Origin: an uncultured Gammaproteobacteria bacterium
GTDB taxonomy: Bacteria > Patescibacteriota > Patescibacteriia > UBA9934 > CAZDDW01
NCBI GenBank assembly: GCA_965231015.1
Contig: OZ246408.1
Span: 793,908-857,907, forward strand
Direction of reading: 5' to 3'
Length of the DNA stretch: 64,000 nucleotides
This document shows positions 56,413-64,000 of the stretch, in pieces; position 1 is the first letter of the stretch, and every line of letters starts with the position of its first letter. The translations under genes were made by a program, and so were the position numbers. Below the pieces are notes generated by a model. The model did not search any database and had not been told where the DNA came from. It saw only the letters and a program-made list of their open reading frames with translations.

Positions 56413-57105
56413 TTATTCAACTCGTTTAATGGTAATGTCAGAAAAAGCATCGCTTTGCGCCACAGATATCACGCGTTGCTTCATCAATTCAAGTAAAGCC
56501 AAAAAATTCACCACCACGTCAACTTTATTTCCACCACTAGAAATCTCGCTAAAGCTCAGGTGGGCCCGATTGATGAGCACGTCATGAATGTTGCGAATCC
56601 GATCCTGAACCGAAACCACCTTGCGCATACTGGCTTCCTTGAGCGCCAAAAACGGTTCTAATCGTTTAATGACCGAGCGCATGGCTTCGGAAAAAGCACT
56701 TGCCTCTAATTTTTGTGGTGGGGCAAATTCAGTCTTGGCTACCTTCAACGGCTTTGAACGAGCAAAACTGACTTCTTTATTTTGATATACAGCGTATAGT
56801 TTAGCCGAAGCCTCGACAAATTTGCGGTACATCTTAAGCTGTTCAGCCAAATTCCCTTCTTCCTCTTCTTCAAAATCTACGTCCGGTAAAATCGCTTTGG
56901 ACTTTATATAAAGAAGACGCGAGGCTACCACTAAAAAATCTGCCAACTCTTCCGGAGGCACCTCCTGAGCGTTCACGTACTCCAAATAATCGTCCGCTAC
57001 ACGCGCAAGTGAGACTTCCGTAATGGACAGCTCCTCGGCTTCGATCAACTCGAGCAATAAGTGAAGCGGGCCGGAAAAAGCTTCTGATTTGAATTCAAAC
57101 CCCAT
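56413..57105 (-). CDS. scpA: Segregation and condensation protein A
   Basis: FSGPLHLLLELIEAEELSITEVSLARVADDYLEY. Confidence 0.85.
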   Translation of the reverse strand: MGFEFKSEAFSGPLHLLLELIEAEELSITEVSLARVADDYLEYVNAQEVPPEELADFLVVASRLLYIKSKAILPDVDFEEEEEGNLAEQLKMYRKFVEASAKLYAVYQNKEVSFARSKPLKVAKTEFAPPQKLEASAFSEAMRSVIKRLEPFLALKEASMRKVVSVQDRIRNIHDVLINRAHLSFSEISSGGNKVDVVVNFLALLELMKQRVISVAQSDAFSDITIKRVE

Positions 57106-57113
57106 GGTTTACT

Positions 57114-58514
57114 TTATCCTTTATCCTTTATTACTTGAATGTGAACTTCTGATAATTGATCTTCATCAAGCTCGGTCGGCGCTCCGGTCATTGATTCCAC
57201 TCCTTCACTATTCTTTGGAAAAGCCATTACTTCGCGAATGTTGTCTTCCCCTTCCAAGATCATAAGCAAGCGATCAACCCCCGGAGCCAGCCCACCGTGT
57301 GGTGGGGCGCCATACTTGAACGCCTCAAGCATGTGACCAAACTTTTCTTCAACCACGTCCTTACCGTATCCAGCAATCTCGAACGCCTTGTACATAATTT
57401 CCGGATCATGATTACGGATTGCCCCTGAACACATTTCGTATCCATTACAAACCATGTCGAACTGATTAGCCAAGATACTAAACGGGTCAGCCGAGTTCAA
57501 GGCTTCCATACCGCCTTGTGGCATGGAAAACGGATTGTGTCCAAAATCAACTTTCCCATCATCGTCTTTTTCATAAAATGGAAAGTCTACAATCCAAGCA
57601 AAAGCCAGTTCATTTGGATCATTTTTATCATTACGCAGATCCGGTTTGTCAGTTCCGTACTTTTCCATGGCTTCCTTGTACGGAATACTCGGCCATGGAC
57701 TTTCAGTAATAGTTTTTTCAGGATAGAGCTCGTTCACCATTTTAGTAACCATCTGTTCTGTGAATTCTAGCAACTGGTCTTGGTCAACAAACGACATTTC
57801 CATGTCGAGCTGGGTGTGTTCCGGCTGTCTGTCCCCGCGAGCATCTTCATCACGCAAACAGCGTGCCACTTGAAAATACTTTTCCATTCCGGCCACCATT
57901 AATAACTGCTTGTACTGTTGTGGAGCCTGTGGCAAAGCATAAAACTTTCCCGGGTGCATGCGCGACGGTACAACATAGTCGCGAGCTCCTTCAGGAGAAC
58001 TAACCGTCAAGAGCGGAGTTTCGATCTCAATAAAGTCCTGTTCGTGCAAATAATTTCGGAACCAGTGGACCAATCGATCACGCTGACGGATATTTTTGTT
58101 CATGCGCTCGGTGCGTAGATCTAGATATCGATGTTTCAGGCGAAGTTCTTCATTCACTGGCTTAGAATCTTTATCAATCTCAAACGGTGGAGTTTCACAC
58201 TTCCCCAAAATTTCAATAGATTTAGCCAAAATTTCAACGTTTCCAGTGGCCATGTCCGGGTTCTTTTGCTTTTCTCCACGCTCTTGGACAACACCCGTGA
58301 TTCCGAGCACAAACTCAGGACGAATCTCATCTACGAGTTCCTTGGACGCATCGTCCAATTCATTTGGCACCACCACGACCTGCACAATTCCGGTACGGTC
58401 GCGCATGTCCAAAAACACGATCTTACCCATGTTACGGCGGGCGTTCACCCAACCATCAATGGTCACGGTTTCGTTAATCAACTTTGAGGTTTCAACGTTT
58501 AGATTACGAGACAT
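57114..58514 (-). CDS. aspS: Aspartyl-tRNA synthetase, bacterial-type core but lacking the GAD insertion domain (466 aa)
   Basis: OB fold, LRDEDARGDRQPEHTQLD, motif 3 GGLAPGVDRLLM; DKPDLRN is followed directly by WIVDFP where bacterial AspRS carries about 130 aa. Confidence 0.9.
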   Translation of the reverse strand: MSRNLNVETSKLINETVTIDGWVNARRNMGKIVFLDMRDRTGIVQVVVVPNELDDASKELVDEIRPEFVLGITGVVQERGEKQKNPDMATGNVEILAKSIEILGKCETPPFEIDKDSKPVNEELRLKHRYLDLRTERMNKNIRQRDRLVHWFRNYLHEQDFIEIETPLLTVSSPEGARDYVVPSRMHPGKFYALPQAPQQYKQLLMVAGMEKYFQVARCLRDEDARGDRQPEHTQLDMEMSFVDQDQLLEFTEQMVTKMVNELYPEKTITESPWPSIPYKEAMEKYGTDKPDLRNDKNDPNELAFAWIVDFPFYEKDDDGKVDFGHNPFSMPQGGMEALNSADPFSILANQFDMVCNGYEMCSGAIRNHDPEIMYKAFEIAGYGKDVVEEKFGHMLEAFKYGAPPHGGLAPGVDRLLMILEGEDNIREVMAFPKNSEGVESMTGAPTELDEDQLSEVHIQVIKDKG

Positions 58515-58515
58515 A

Positions 58516-59805
58516 TTACGGTCTGATTCTGTTTATTAATCGTGGGAACGGGATTGTTTCGCGCACATGCTCTATGCCCGAGATCCAGGTTATGATCCGT
58601 TCTAAGCCGTAACCAAATCCCGAGTGCGGAACCGAGCCATACTTGCGTAGATCCAAGTACCACTTAAAGTCACCTACCGGCAAGTTATGTTCCTTGATAC
58701 GCTCGAGCAGAGTATCGTAATCGTCTTCACGTTGACTGCCGCCGATTATTTCGCCGTATCCTTCGGGTGCCAGTAAATCAGCGCAAAGCGCACGTGACGG
58801 ATCAGCCGGATCACGCTTCATATAAAAAGCCTTTACCTCGGCCGGATACTTTTCAATAAAAATCGGTTTATCAAATTCTTTAGTCAACCTTGTTTCATCG
58901 TCTGCACCCAGGTCATCGTTTTCTTTTATATCTGAACCAAGCTCATGCAACTTGGCCACTGCTTCGGCATGGGTCATACGCACAAACGGAGCTTGAACTT
59001 TTTTCAAAGCTTCGATATCTCGATCAAGAATCTTTAACTCTGGTTCATTGATCTCGAGAACCTTGGCCACGATGTGACAGATCAGTTCTTCCTGAATCTT
59101 TATGTTTTCATCATGTTCAACAAAAGCGGTTTCAACATCCATCATCCAAAACTCAGTTAAATGTCGGCGAGTCTTAGATTTTTCAGCCCGGAACACCGGA
59201 CCAAAATCAAAACATTTTCCAAAACTCATAATCGCGGCCTCGAGATACAGTTGACCGGATTGTGAGAGATAGGCGTTGCCTTCGTCAAAATACTCGAGTC
59301 CAAAAAGTTCAGTTGTTCCCTCGCAAGCTGATGGAGTAAGAATTGGTGAGTCGATCTTTATATAACCGTTGTTATTCAAGTACTCATAGGTTGCGTTGAT
59401 AACGGTGTTGCGAATCCGCTGAATTGCCCACTGCTTTTTACTACGCAACCAAAGATGCCGGTTCTCTAACAAGAAATCCGGACCGTGTTCTTTTTTGCTG
59501 ATCGGATAGTCGTCTGTAGCAAGTTGAACGATCTCAATTCCTGTACCATCAAGTTCAACACCGGACGGAGCTCGCGGTTCTTCTTTAACCGTTCCTTCAA
59601 CGATTACAGATGATTCGTTCCTGAGACTTTGCAGTGCTTCCCACTTCTCTGGACTCACGGAATCTTTGGTGTAAACAACCTGAACCCGGCCGCTTCCATC
59701 ACGGAATTGCAAAAAGAAAATCTTCCCGCTGGAACGGAAATTATAGACCCACCCTTTCAGGGTGACTTTTTGGCTAATTTTAGCGCTAATTTCTGATACA
59801 TTCAT
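58516..59805 (-). CDS. asnS: Asparaginyl-tRNA synthetase
   Basis: FRAEKSKTRRHLTEFWM, class IIb motifs; ATG at 59805. Confidence 0.9.
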   Translation of the reverse strand: MNVSEISAKISQKVTLKGWVYNFRSSGKIFFLQFRDGSGRVQVVYTKDSVSPEKWEALQSLRNESSVIVEGTVKEEPRAPSGVELDGTGIEIVQLATDDYPISKKEHGPDFLLENRHLWLRSKKQWAIQRIRNTVINATYEYLNNNGYIKIDSPILTPSACEGTTELFGLEYFDEGNAYLSQSGQLYLEAAIMSFGKCFDFGPVFRAEKSKTRRHLTEFWMMDVETAFVEHDENIKIQEELICHIVAKVLEINEPELKILDRDIEALKKVQAPFVRMTHAEAVAKLHELGSDIKENDDLGADDETRLTKEFDKPIFIEKYPAEVKAFYMKRDPADPSRALCADLLAPEGYGEIIGGSQREDDYDTLLERIKEHNLPVGDFKWYLDLRKYGSVPHSGFGYGLERIITWISGIEHVRETIPFPRLINRIRP

Positions 59806-59826
59806 AAACAATAACTAGCGCTATTT

Positions 59827-59853
59827 TAGCTTATTTTAGAGGGATTTGCAAAT
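59827..59853. promoter_or_regulatory. 27-nt conserved element TAGCTTATTTTAGAGGGATTTGCAAAT (contains the 10-bp palindrome ATTTGCAAAT) in the asnS 5' region
   Basis: 26/27 identical to 61526..61552, also just upstream of a minus-strand gene. Confidence 0.5.
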
Positions 59854-59928
59854 CCACTTACCAACAGATCAAGCTCTTCCAAAATTAGGCCTAATGTCCT
59901 ATAATGACTACGATAAGATAAAAGAACT

Positions 59929-60108
59929 ATGAAAACAAAGGAAGAGATCCAATACAAGAAAAAGCTTAAAGAAATTGAGGTTCAGCTCAAAAAATTGCAA
60001 ACCCAATTTAATAACATTAGAAAACGAGCTCGGGATTCGAAAGCCAAAGCAATATCAACTGATGATGCCGGTAAAATTGCCAAAATCAGGAAACAACTTG
60101 GACTATAG
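59929..60108 (+). CDS. Small basic protein (59 aa, MKTKEEIQYKKKLKEIEVQLKKLQTQFNNIRKRARDSKAKAISTDDAGKIAKIRKQLGL)
   Basis: ATG at 59929 preceded by a TATAAT (59900..59905); the stop lies inside the 25-bp stem hairpin. Confidence 0.35.
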   Translation: MKTKEEIQYKKKLKEIEVQLKKLQTQFNNIRKRARDSKAKAISTDDAGKIAKIRKQLGL

Positions 60109-60156
60109 TGACACAAAAACACCTCGCGTAAGCGAGGTGTTTTTGTGTCACTATAG
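60103..60156. terminator. Perfect inverted repeat with 25-bp stem (CTATAGTGACACAAAAACACCTCGC / GCGAGGTGTTTTTGTGTCACTATAG) and GTAA (GNRA) tetraloop; bidirectional terminator or structured RNA element
   Basis: Exact reverse complementarity over 25 nt read from the sequence; lies between convergent genes. Confidence 0.8.
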
Positions 60157-60165
60157 TTGAAATGA

Positions 60166-61491
60166 TTATGTTTCTGTTTGCCTTTTGTTCTCTTGAGCAG
60201 AAGCGTATTGCTTGATTTGTTCACCTAAATTTTCTTGTATTTGTTGAACAGCGTTAATAACTTGCTGTCGATCTTCGGATGCTTCTGCTTTTCGTAGTTC
60301 TGTTTTATAAATTATTGCTTCACGCATAAGAGTGTCGGCCATATCTGTTTTCACTTCATCTTTTATTTCACTGACTCTGTCTGCCCATTCATCAATTTTA
60401 TCAACCATTTCCTTCTGACCGGGTACAGATTCGGCTACGCTATAACCAAATGACATCCCGCTCTTTAGTGCGTCTTCTGTTGATCCTCCATGTTTCTCAT
60501 CAAAATCCTTAATACTCACCCCATCTGCCTCGAAAATCTTTTTTCTTTGATCAAATATTTGCTTTCGTGTTGCCTCATCAATATTTGGGTCATTAAGGTT
60601 TGCCTCTGCTAGTTTCTTTTTAAATACTTTTCGTTCTCGTCCAGCAGGGATATTCTCTAGAATCTGATCCATCACTTGAGCTGCTTTGGGTTTTTCACTT
60701 TCTATTCGTTTATCTGCTTCTGCTTTAAATGCTTCTAATGTAACATCAACTAAATCTTTTGCGTCTTCTTTACCGCTTATTGCTGCAGTTTGTTCAATTG
60801 TACCTGAACCTGCTATATCCTCAATATTTCGTCTAGATTGTTCTCCGCGCGAAGAAATAAACTCACTAGGTTGTGTTTTACTTTCCCATCTTGACTTAGA
60901 TAACGCACTACTCCAATCTTCGTCAGGATTTTGCACCCCGTCCTTTAATGCAACAAGATGCTGTCGAAAACTATCAGGAATGTTTGTTGCCGGATCATCT
61001 AAAACGTCTTGCAACCCATTGGTGATATTATCTATAGAGTCTTGTAACCCAGAAGCTTCTTGTGTCTCTGCAGCAGGCTCTTCTGTTTCCCCTGCTTCTT
61101 CTGTCTCCTCAGATTCTTCAGCAACCTCAATATCCTCATCTTCTTCAAGAGCCTTAATCTCGGCATCAATCCTGACTACCTCAACTTGTAATGCTTCAAA
61201 TTTTTGAGTGGCTTCTGTAGCCTCAGTTTTAATAGCATCAATCTCGGCAGCAGCTTCGGGATCAAGGTTCTCTCCCATTTCTTTTGCGAACGCTTCTGCT
61301 TCGGCAATAGCTTCACTAGCTTCTGCTGCTCTGGCTTCTACCTTCATAAGCTCCGCTTCAACAGCTTCACGTTCGGCCTGAAGTTCTCCTCGCTCTTCAG
61401 CTTTGGCTTGTTCAGCAGCCGCCTCTGCCTTTCTGGAGTCCCCAGCCTCCTGTTTGGCTCGCATAGCTGCGAGTCTTTCTTTCATACTCAT
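60166..61491 (-). CDS. Acidic coiled-coil protein (441 aa, Ala/Glu-rich N-terminus)
   Basis: Intact ORF; no TM; heptad-like AEA/EEA runs. Confidence 0.65.
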   Translation of the reverse strand: MSMKERLAAMRAKQEAGDSRKAEAAAEQAKAEERGELQAEREAVEAELMKVEARAAEASEAIAEAEAFAKEMGENLDPEAAAEIDAIKTEATEATQKFEALQVEVVRIDAEIKALEEDEDIEVAEESEETEEAGETEEPAAETQEASGLQDSIDNITNGLQDVLDDPATNIPDSFRQHLVALKDGVQNPDEDWSSALSKSRWESKTQPSEFISSRGEQSRRNIEDIAGSGTIEQTAAISGKEDAKDLVDVTLEAFKAEADKRIESEKPKAAQVMDQILENIPAGRERKVFKKKLAEANLNDPNIDEATRKQIFDQRKKIFEADGVSIKDFDEKHGGSTEDALKSGMSFGYSVAESVPGQKEMVDKIDEWADRVSEIKDEVKTDMADTLMREAIIYKTELRKAEASEDRQQVINAVQQIQENLGEQIKQYASAQENKRQTET

Positions 61492-61525
61492 ATAACCGAA
61501 AAAAAAATATTTTATAGGATCAGCT

Positions 61526-61552
61526 TAGCTTATTTTAGACGGATTTGCAAAT
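61526..61552. promoter_or_regulatory. Second copy of the 27-nt element (TAGCTTATTTTAGACGGATTTGCAAAT) in the 5' region of the coiled-coil gene
   Basis: See 59827..59853. Confidence 0.5.
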
Positions 61553-61692
61553 ATACTTTGGGGACTCTTCACTCCAGCCAACTTGTTGGCGTGCGCCATC
61601 GGATCGAACTCAACCCCTGACCCCGATTTTACCTGTTTAACCTTTAGCGTTAAAATTTATTCGCGGTTACACTCATCCCTCCCATCCATAAC

Positions 61693-64000
61693 TCACTGTT
61701 TAACTACTTCCTTACGTACATGACTATACATCCGCTCTCCAAAGAACGTTTTCAACTCCGGATTCTTATCAAGCTTTTTATAAAAATCCATTTTTTGCTT
61801 AAACATGTTAATCAACTCATTCTGTAACACCTGATCAAATTTAATTTTAGCAGCATCCACAGAATTATTCTTAATTGCTCCCTGTACAGAAATATCACTT
61901 ACTAATTTCTCTGCAATGCGACCGATATCAACAATATCCTCAGCTGTAAACTCAGTTCCAAACCGGTCATTCATCTCTTTAACGATCGCTGACAAAGACT
62001 CTTTTTCTTCAATCTTCTTTTTTGTATCCCCATTGTTCATTGGTTCAAGTTGACCATCTTCTGAATCCAACTGGATTGTACCCTTGATTTGTTCCAATAA
62101 TTTATATGATTCAATATCCACACTTTCCAGAATTTCTGTAGGAAGTTCTTCTTTCACCTTGGGCAACTTCTTGGCGAGTAACTTGGTAAACATAAACAGT
62201 TTCTCCAACTCACTACTCTCATATGGAATGATCTGTGCTGCAAAAGCAAATCGACGCACGAATTCTTTACACTTCTTTTTGAAATCATCCCGCAATTCAT
62301 CAGTCTCATCCTCGAAACGCTCAACAACAATGTCCAGAGCAGCATTTATCTTATCCGGACCTTGATTCTTTAATAAATCATCAACCAAACCGGACACTTC
62401 ATGTTCGGTAAATAATTTGAAAGCGTACAAATCGCGCTCAAGATCATGCAATAAGTTCGGATCTGTACCTTCAGAAAGAACAGTGGTGATATAGTACGGC
62501 TGAAACGCCTCTTTAATTTCATCCATCTCATTCACAAAATCTAAAACAAAAACCTCTTCTTTGCCGGCCCGACAACGGTTTAATCTTCCCAGAGCCTGAA
62601 CTGCCCCTACACCACTCAATTTCTTATCAACGTACATTACATCTAACAATGGCTGATCAAAACCGGTTTGAAATTTTTCAGCCACAATCAAGAACTTATT
62701 ACTATTCTTCTTAAATTCCTCGGCTGTTGCTTGGTCAGGTACGCCATTCATTTGAGCTTCCGTGTATTCGGCACCACCATCTCTTACTGTTCCAGAAAAA
62801 GCAACCAGTGCTTTAAAAGGATAATTATGCTCAGCAAGATATTTATCAAAAGCCTGCTTGTATCGAACGGCATGCAGCCGTGACTTTGTTACTACCATCG
62901 CCTTAGCCTTACCATGAATCTGTTTGGCAATTCGATTATTAAAATGCTCAATCATTACCTCGGTTTTCTTTCCAATGGCATGTTCGTGCTTCTCGACATA
63001 CCCAATTAAAAGTCGTTGTGCTTTGCTCTTCTCAAACTCTGGATCATCTTCAATAGACTTCATTAAATTAAAGTACGCCTTATAGGTTGTGTAGTTTTTT
63101 AGAACATCCAAAATAAAGCCTTCCTCAATCGCTTGTTTCATTGAATACAAGCTAAACGGATAGTATTTTCCGTCTAGTGGATTCTTTGTCCCGAACAACT
63201 CCAGTGTCCGTTGCTTTGATGTAGCTGTAAAGGCAAAAAAGCTAATATTTGGGGTCTTTACTTTACGTGACCGCAGCTTCTTAATCACTTTGTCTTCCGT
63301 TGTCTCAGGGGCAAATGACTCTTCCTGATTTTCCGCTTCATCCAAACTATCAGTCTGCAACACCTCGCGCAGCTGAGCCGCCTGATCTCCGGATTGCGAA
63401 GAATGAGCTTCGTCAATCAATACCGCAAAATTCCTTCCGGGAATATTTTCAATCGTGTCGATAATAAACGGGAACTTCTGAAGCGTGGTAATAATAATCT
63501 GCTCACCGGATTCCAATGCTTCCTTTAGTTCGGTTGAATTTTCTGTGATCGCTTTTACCACACCTTGAACCTGCTCATACTGTTTGATTATATCTCTAAG
63601 CTGTTTATCAAGCACTCGTCGATCAGTAATAACAAGGATGGTATCAAAAATTCTTATATTGTCCTCGTTGTAGAGCTCGGATAACTGATGAGCCGTCCAA
63701 GCGATAGTGTTACTTTTCCCACTGCCGGCACTATGTTGGATCAAATAATTCTGGCCTGACTCATTTTCCTGAGCATCACTAATAAGCCTTTGAACCGTGT
63801 CGCGTTGATGATAACGTGGAAAAATTAGAGTTTCTGTCTTGTATTTTTTCCCTTTGTCGTCTTCCTTTTCTTCAATTTGGATCGTAATATACTTTTTTAT
63901 CAACTCTAAAACACTATCGCGTGTCCAAACATCCTCCCATAAGTATGAGGTTTTATAACCATTTTCAACCGGTGGATTACCCGCGCCGTTTTGATAACCT
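61693..64000 (-). CDS. hsdR: Type I restriction enzyme R subunit (HsdR), helicase and C-terminal parts; N-terminal part runs off the window edge
   Basis: SF2 motifs I (HSAGSGKSNT) and II (VLIDEAHSS); the track's TTG at 63903 is not the start, as the frame stays open to position 64000. Confidence 0.8.
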   Translation of the reverse strand, partial: GYQNGAGNPPVENGYKTSYLWEDVWTRDSVLELIKKYITIQIEEKEDDKGKKYKTETLIFPRYHQRDTVQRLISDAQENESGQNYLIQHSAGSGKSNTIAWTAHQLSELYNEDNIRIFDTILVITDRRVLDKQLRDIIKQYEQVQGVVKAITENSTELKEALESGEQIIITTLQKFPFIIDTIENIPGRNFAVLIDEAHSSQSGDQAAQLREVLQTDSLDEAENQEESFAPETTEDKVIKKLRSRKVKTPNISFFAFTATSKQRTLELFGTKNPLDGKYYPFSLYSMKQAIEEGFILDVLKNYTTYKAYFNLMKSIEDDPEFEKSKAQRLLIGYVEKHEHAIGKKTEVMIEHFNNRIAKQIHGKAKAMVVTKSRLHAVRYKQAFDKYLAEHNYPFKALVAFSGTVRDGGAEYTEAQMNGVPDQATAEEFKKNSNKFLIVAEKFQTGFDQPLLDVMYVDKKLSGVGAVQALGRLNRCRAGKEEVFVLDFVNEMDEIKEAFQPYYITTVLSEGTDPNLLHDLERDLYAFKLFTEHEVSGLVDDLLKNQGPDKINAALDIVVERFEDETDELRDDFKKKCKEFVRRFAFAAQIIPYESSELEKLFMFTKLLAKKLPKVKEELPTEILESVDIESYKLLEQIKGTIQLDSEDGQLEPMNNGDTKKKIEEKESLSAIVKEMNDRFGTEFTAEDIVDIGRIAEKLVSDISVQGAIKNNSVDAAKIKFDQVLQNELINMFKQKMDFYKKLDKNPELKTFFGERMYSHVRKEVVKQ

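Noticed and set aside
60686-61207. 173-aa plus-strand Ser-rich ORF
   Set aside because: Antisense to the coiled-coil gene; low-complexity translation of the GAA/GCT-rich antisense
1-64000. CRISPR arrays, rRNA genes, transposase/integrase genes
   Set aside because: Scanned for regularly spaced direct repeats, rRNA-like conserved blocks and DDE/tyrosine-recombinase motifs and found none; only the short repeats listed above

Overview
The window is an AT-rich (roughly 40% GC by eye), gene-dense bacterial chromosome segment read with the standard genetic code; TGA is used as a stop. Genes are tightly packed with many 1-4 nt overlaps (ATGA stop/start coupling) and several apparently leaderless starts. 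The style is consistent with a streamlined, possibly CPR/Patescibacteria-like genome; that lineage call is inference only.

Recognisable housekeeping genes include an OYE/FadH-like flavoenzyme, pyk, an HtrA protease, an Ogt-like methyltransferase, nrdR, ftsA-ftsZ, ybeY-dgkA, rpsU-yqeY, hisS, lepB, an LCP-family protein, der-pth, dprA-topA, rel, parAB, a GT4 glycosyltransferase, a D-Ala-D-Ala carboxypeptidase, scpAB, aspS-asnS and a partial type I hsdR. There are five tRNAs (Asn, Asp, fMet, Leu, Met/Ile2-CAT) and no rRNA or CRISPR array.

The accessory and unusual content is:
- a roughly 14.7 kb minus-strand surface-protein operon: a 644-aa and a 3328-aa protein sharing a pilin-like hydrophobic N-terminal domain, followed by three paralogous single-pass membrane proteins with calcium-binding TSP3-type repeats, running straight into ybeY-dgkA-ftsA-ftsZ;
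- a Doc-toxin/HTH-antitoxin cassette inserted at the 3' end of pyk and flanked by 29-bp direct repeats that regenerate the pyk C-terminus;
- several GC-rich islands next to tRNA genes or parAB, each with a recurring palindromic element (core cTTTTTCGTAC, TACCCC/GGGGTA arms) at its 3' side;
- a Hanks-type Ser/Thr kinase with a very long activation-segment insertion;
- a perfect 25-bp-stem hairpin, and a 27-nt conserved promoter/operator-like element shared by asnS and a neighbouring coiled-coil gene.
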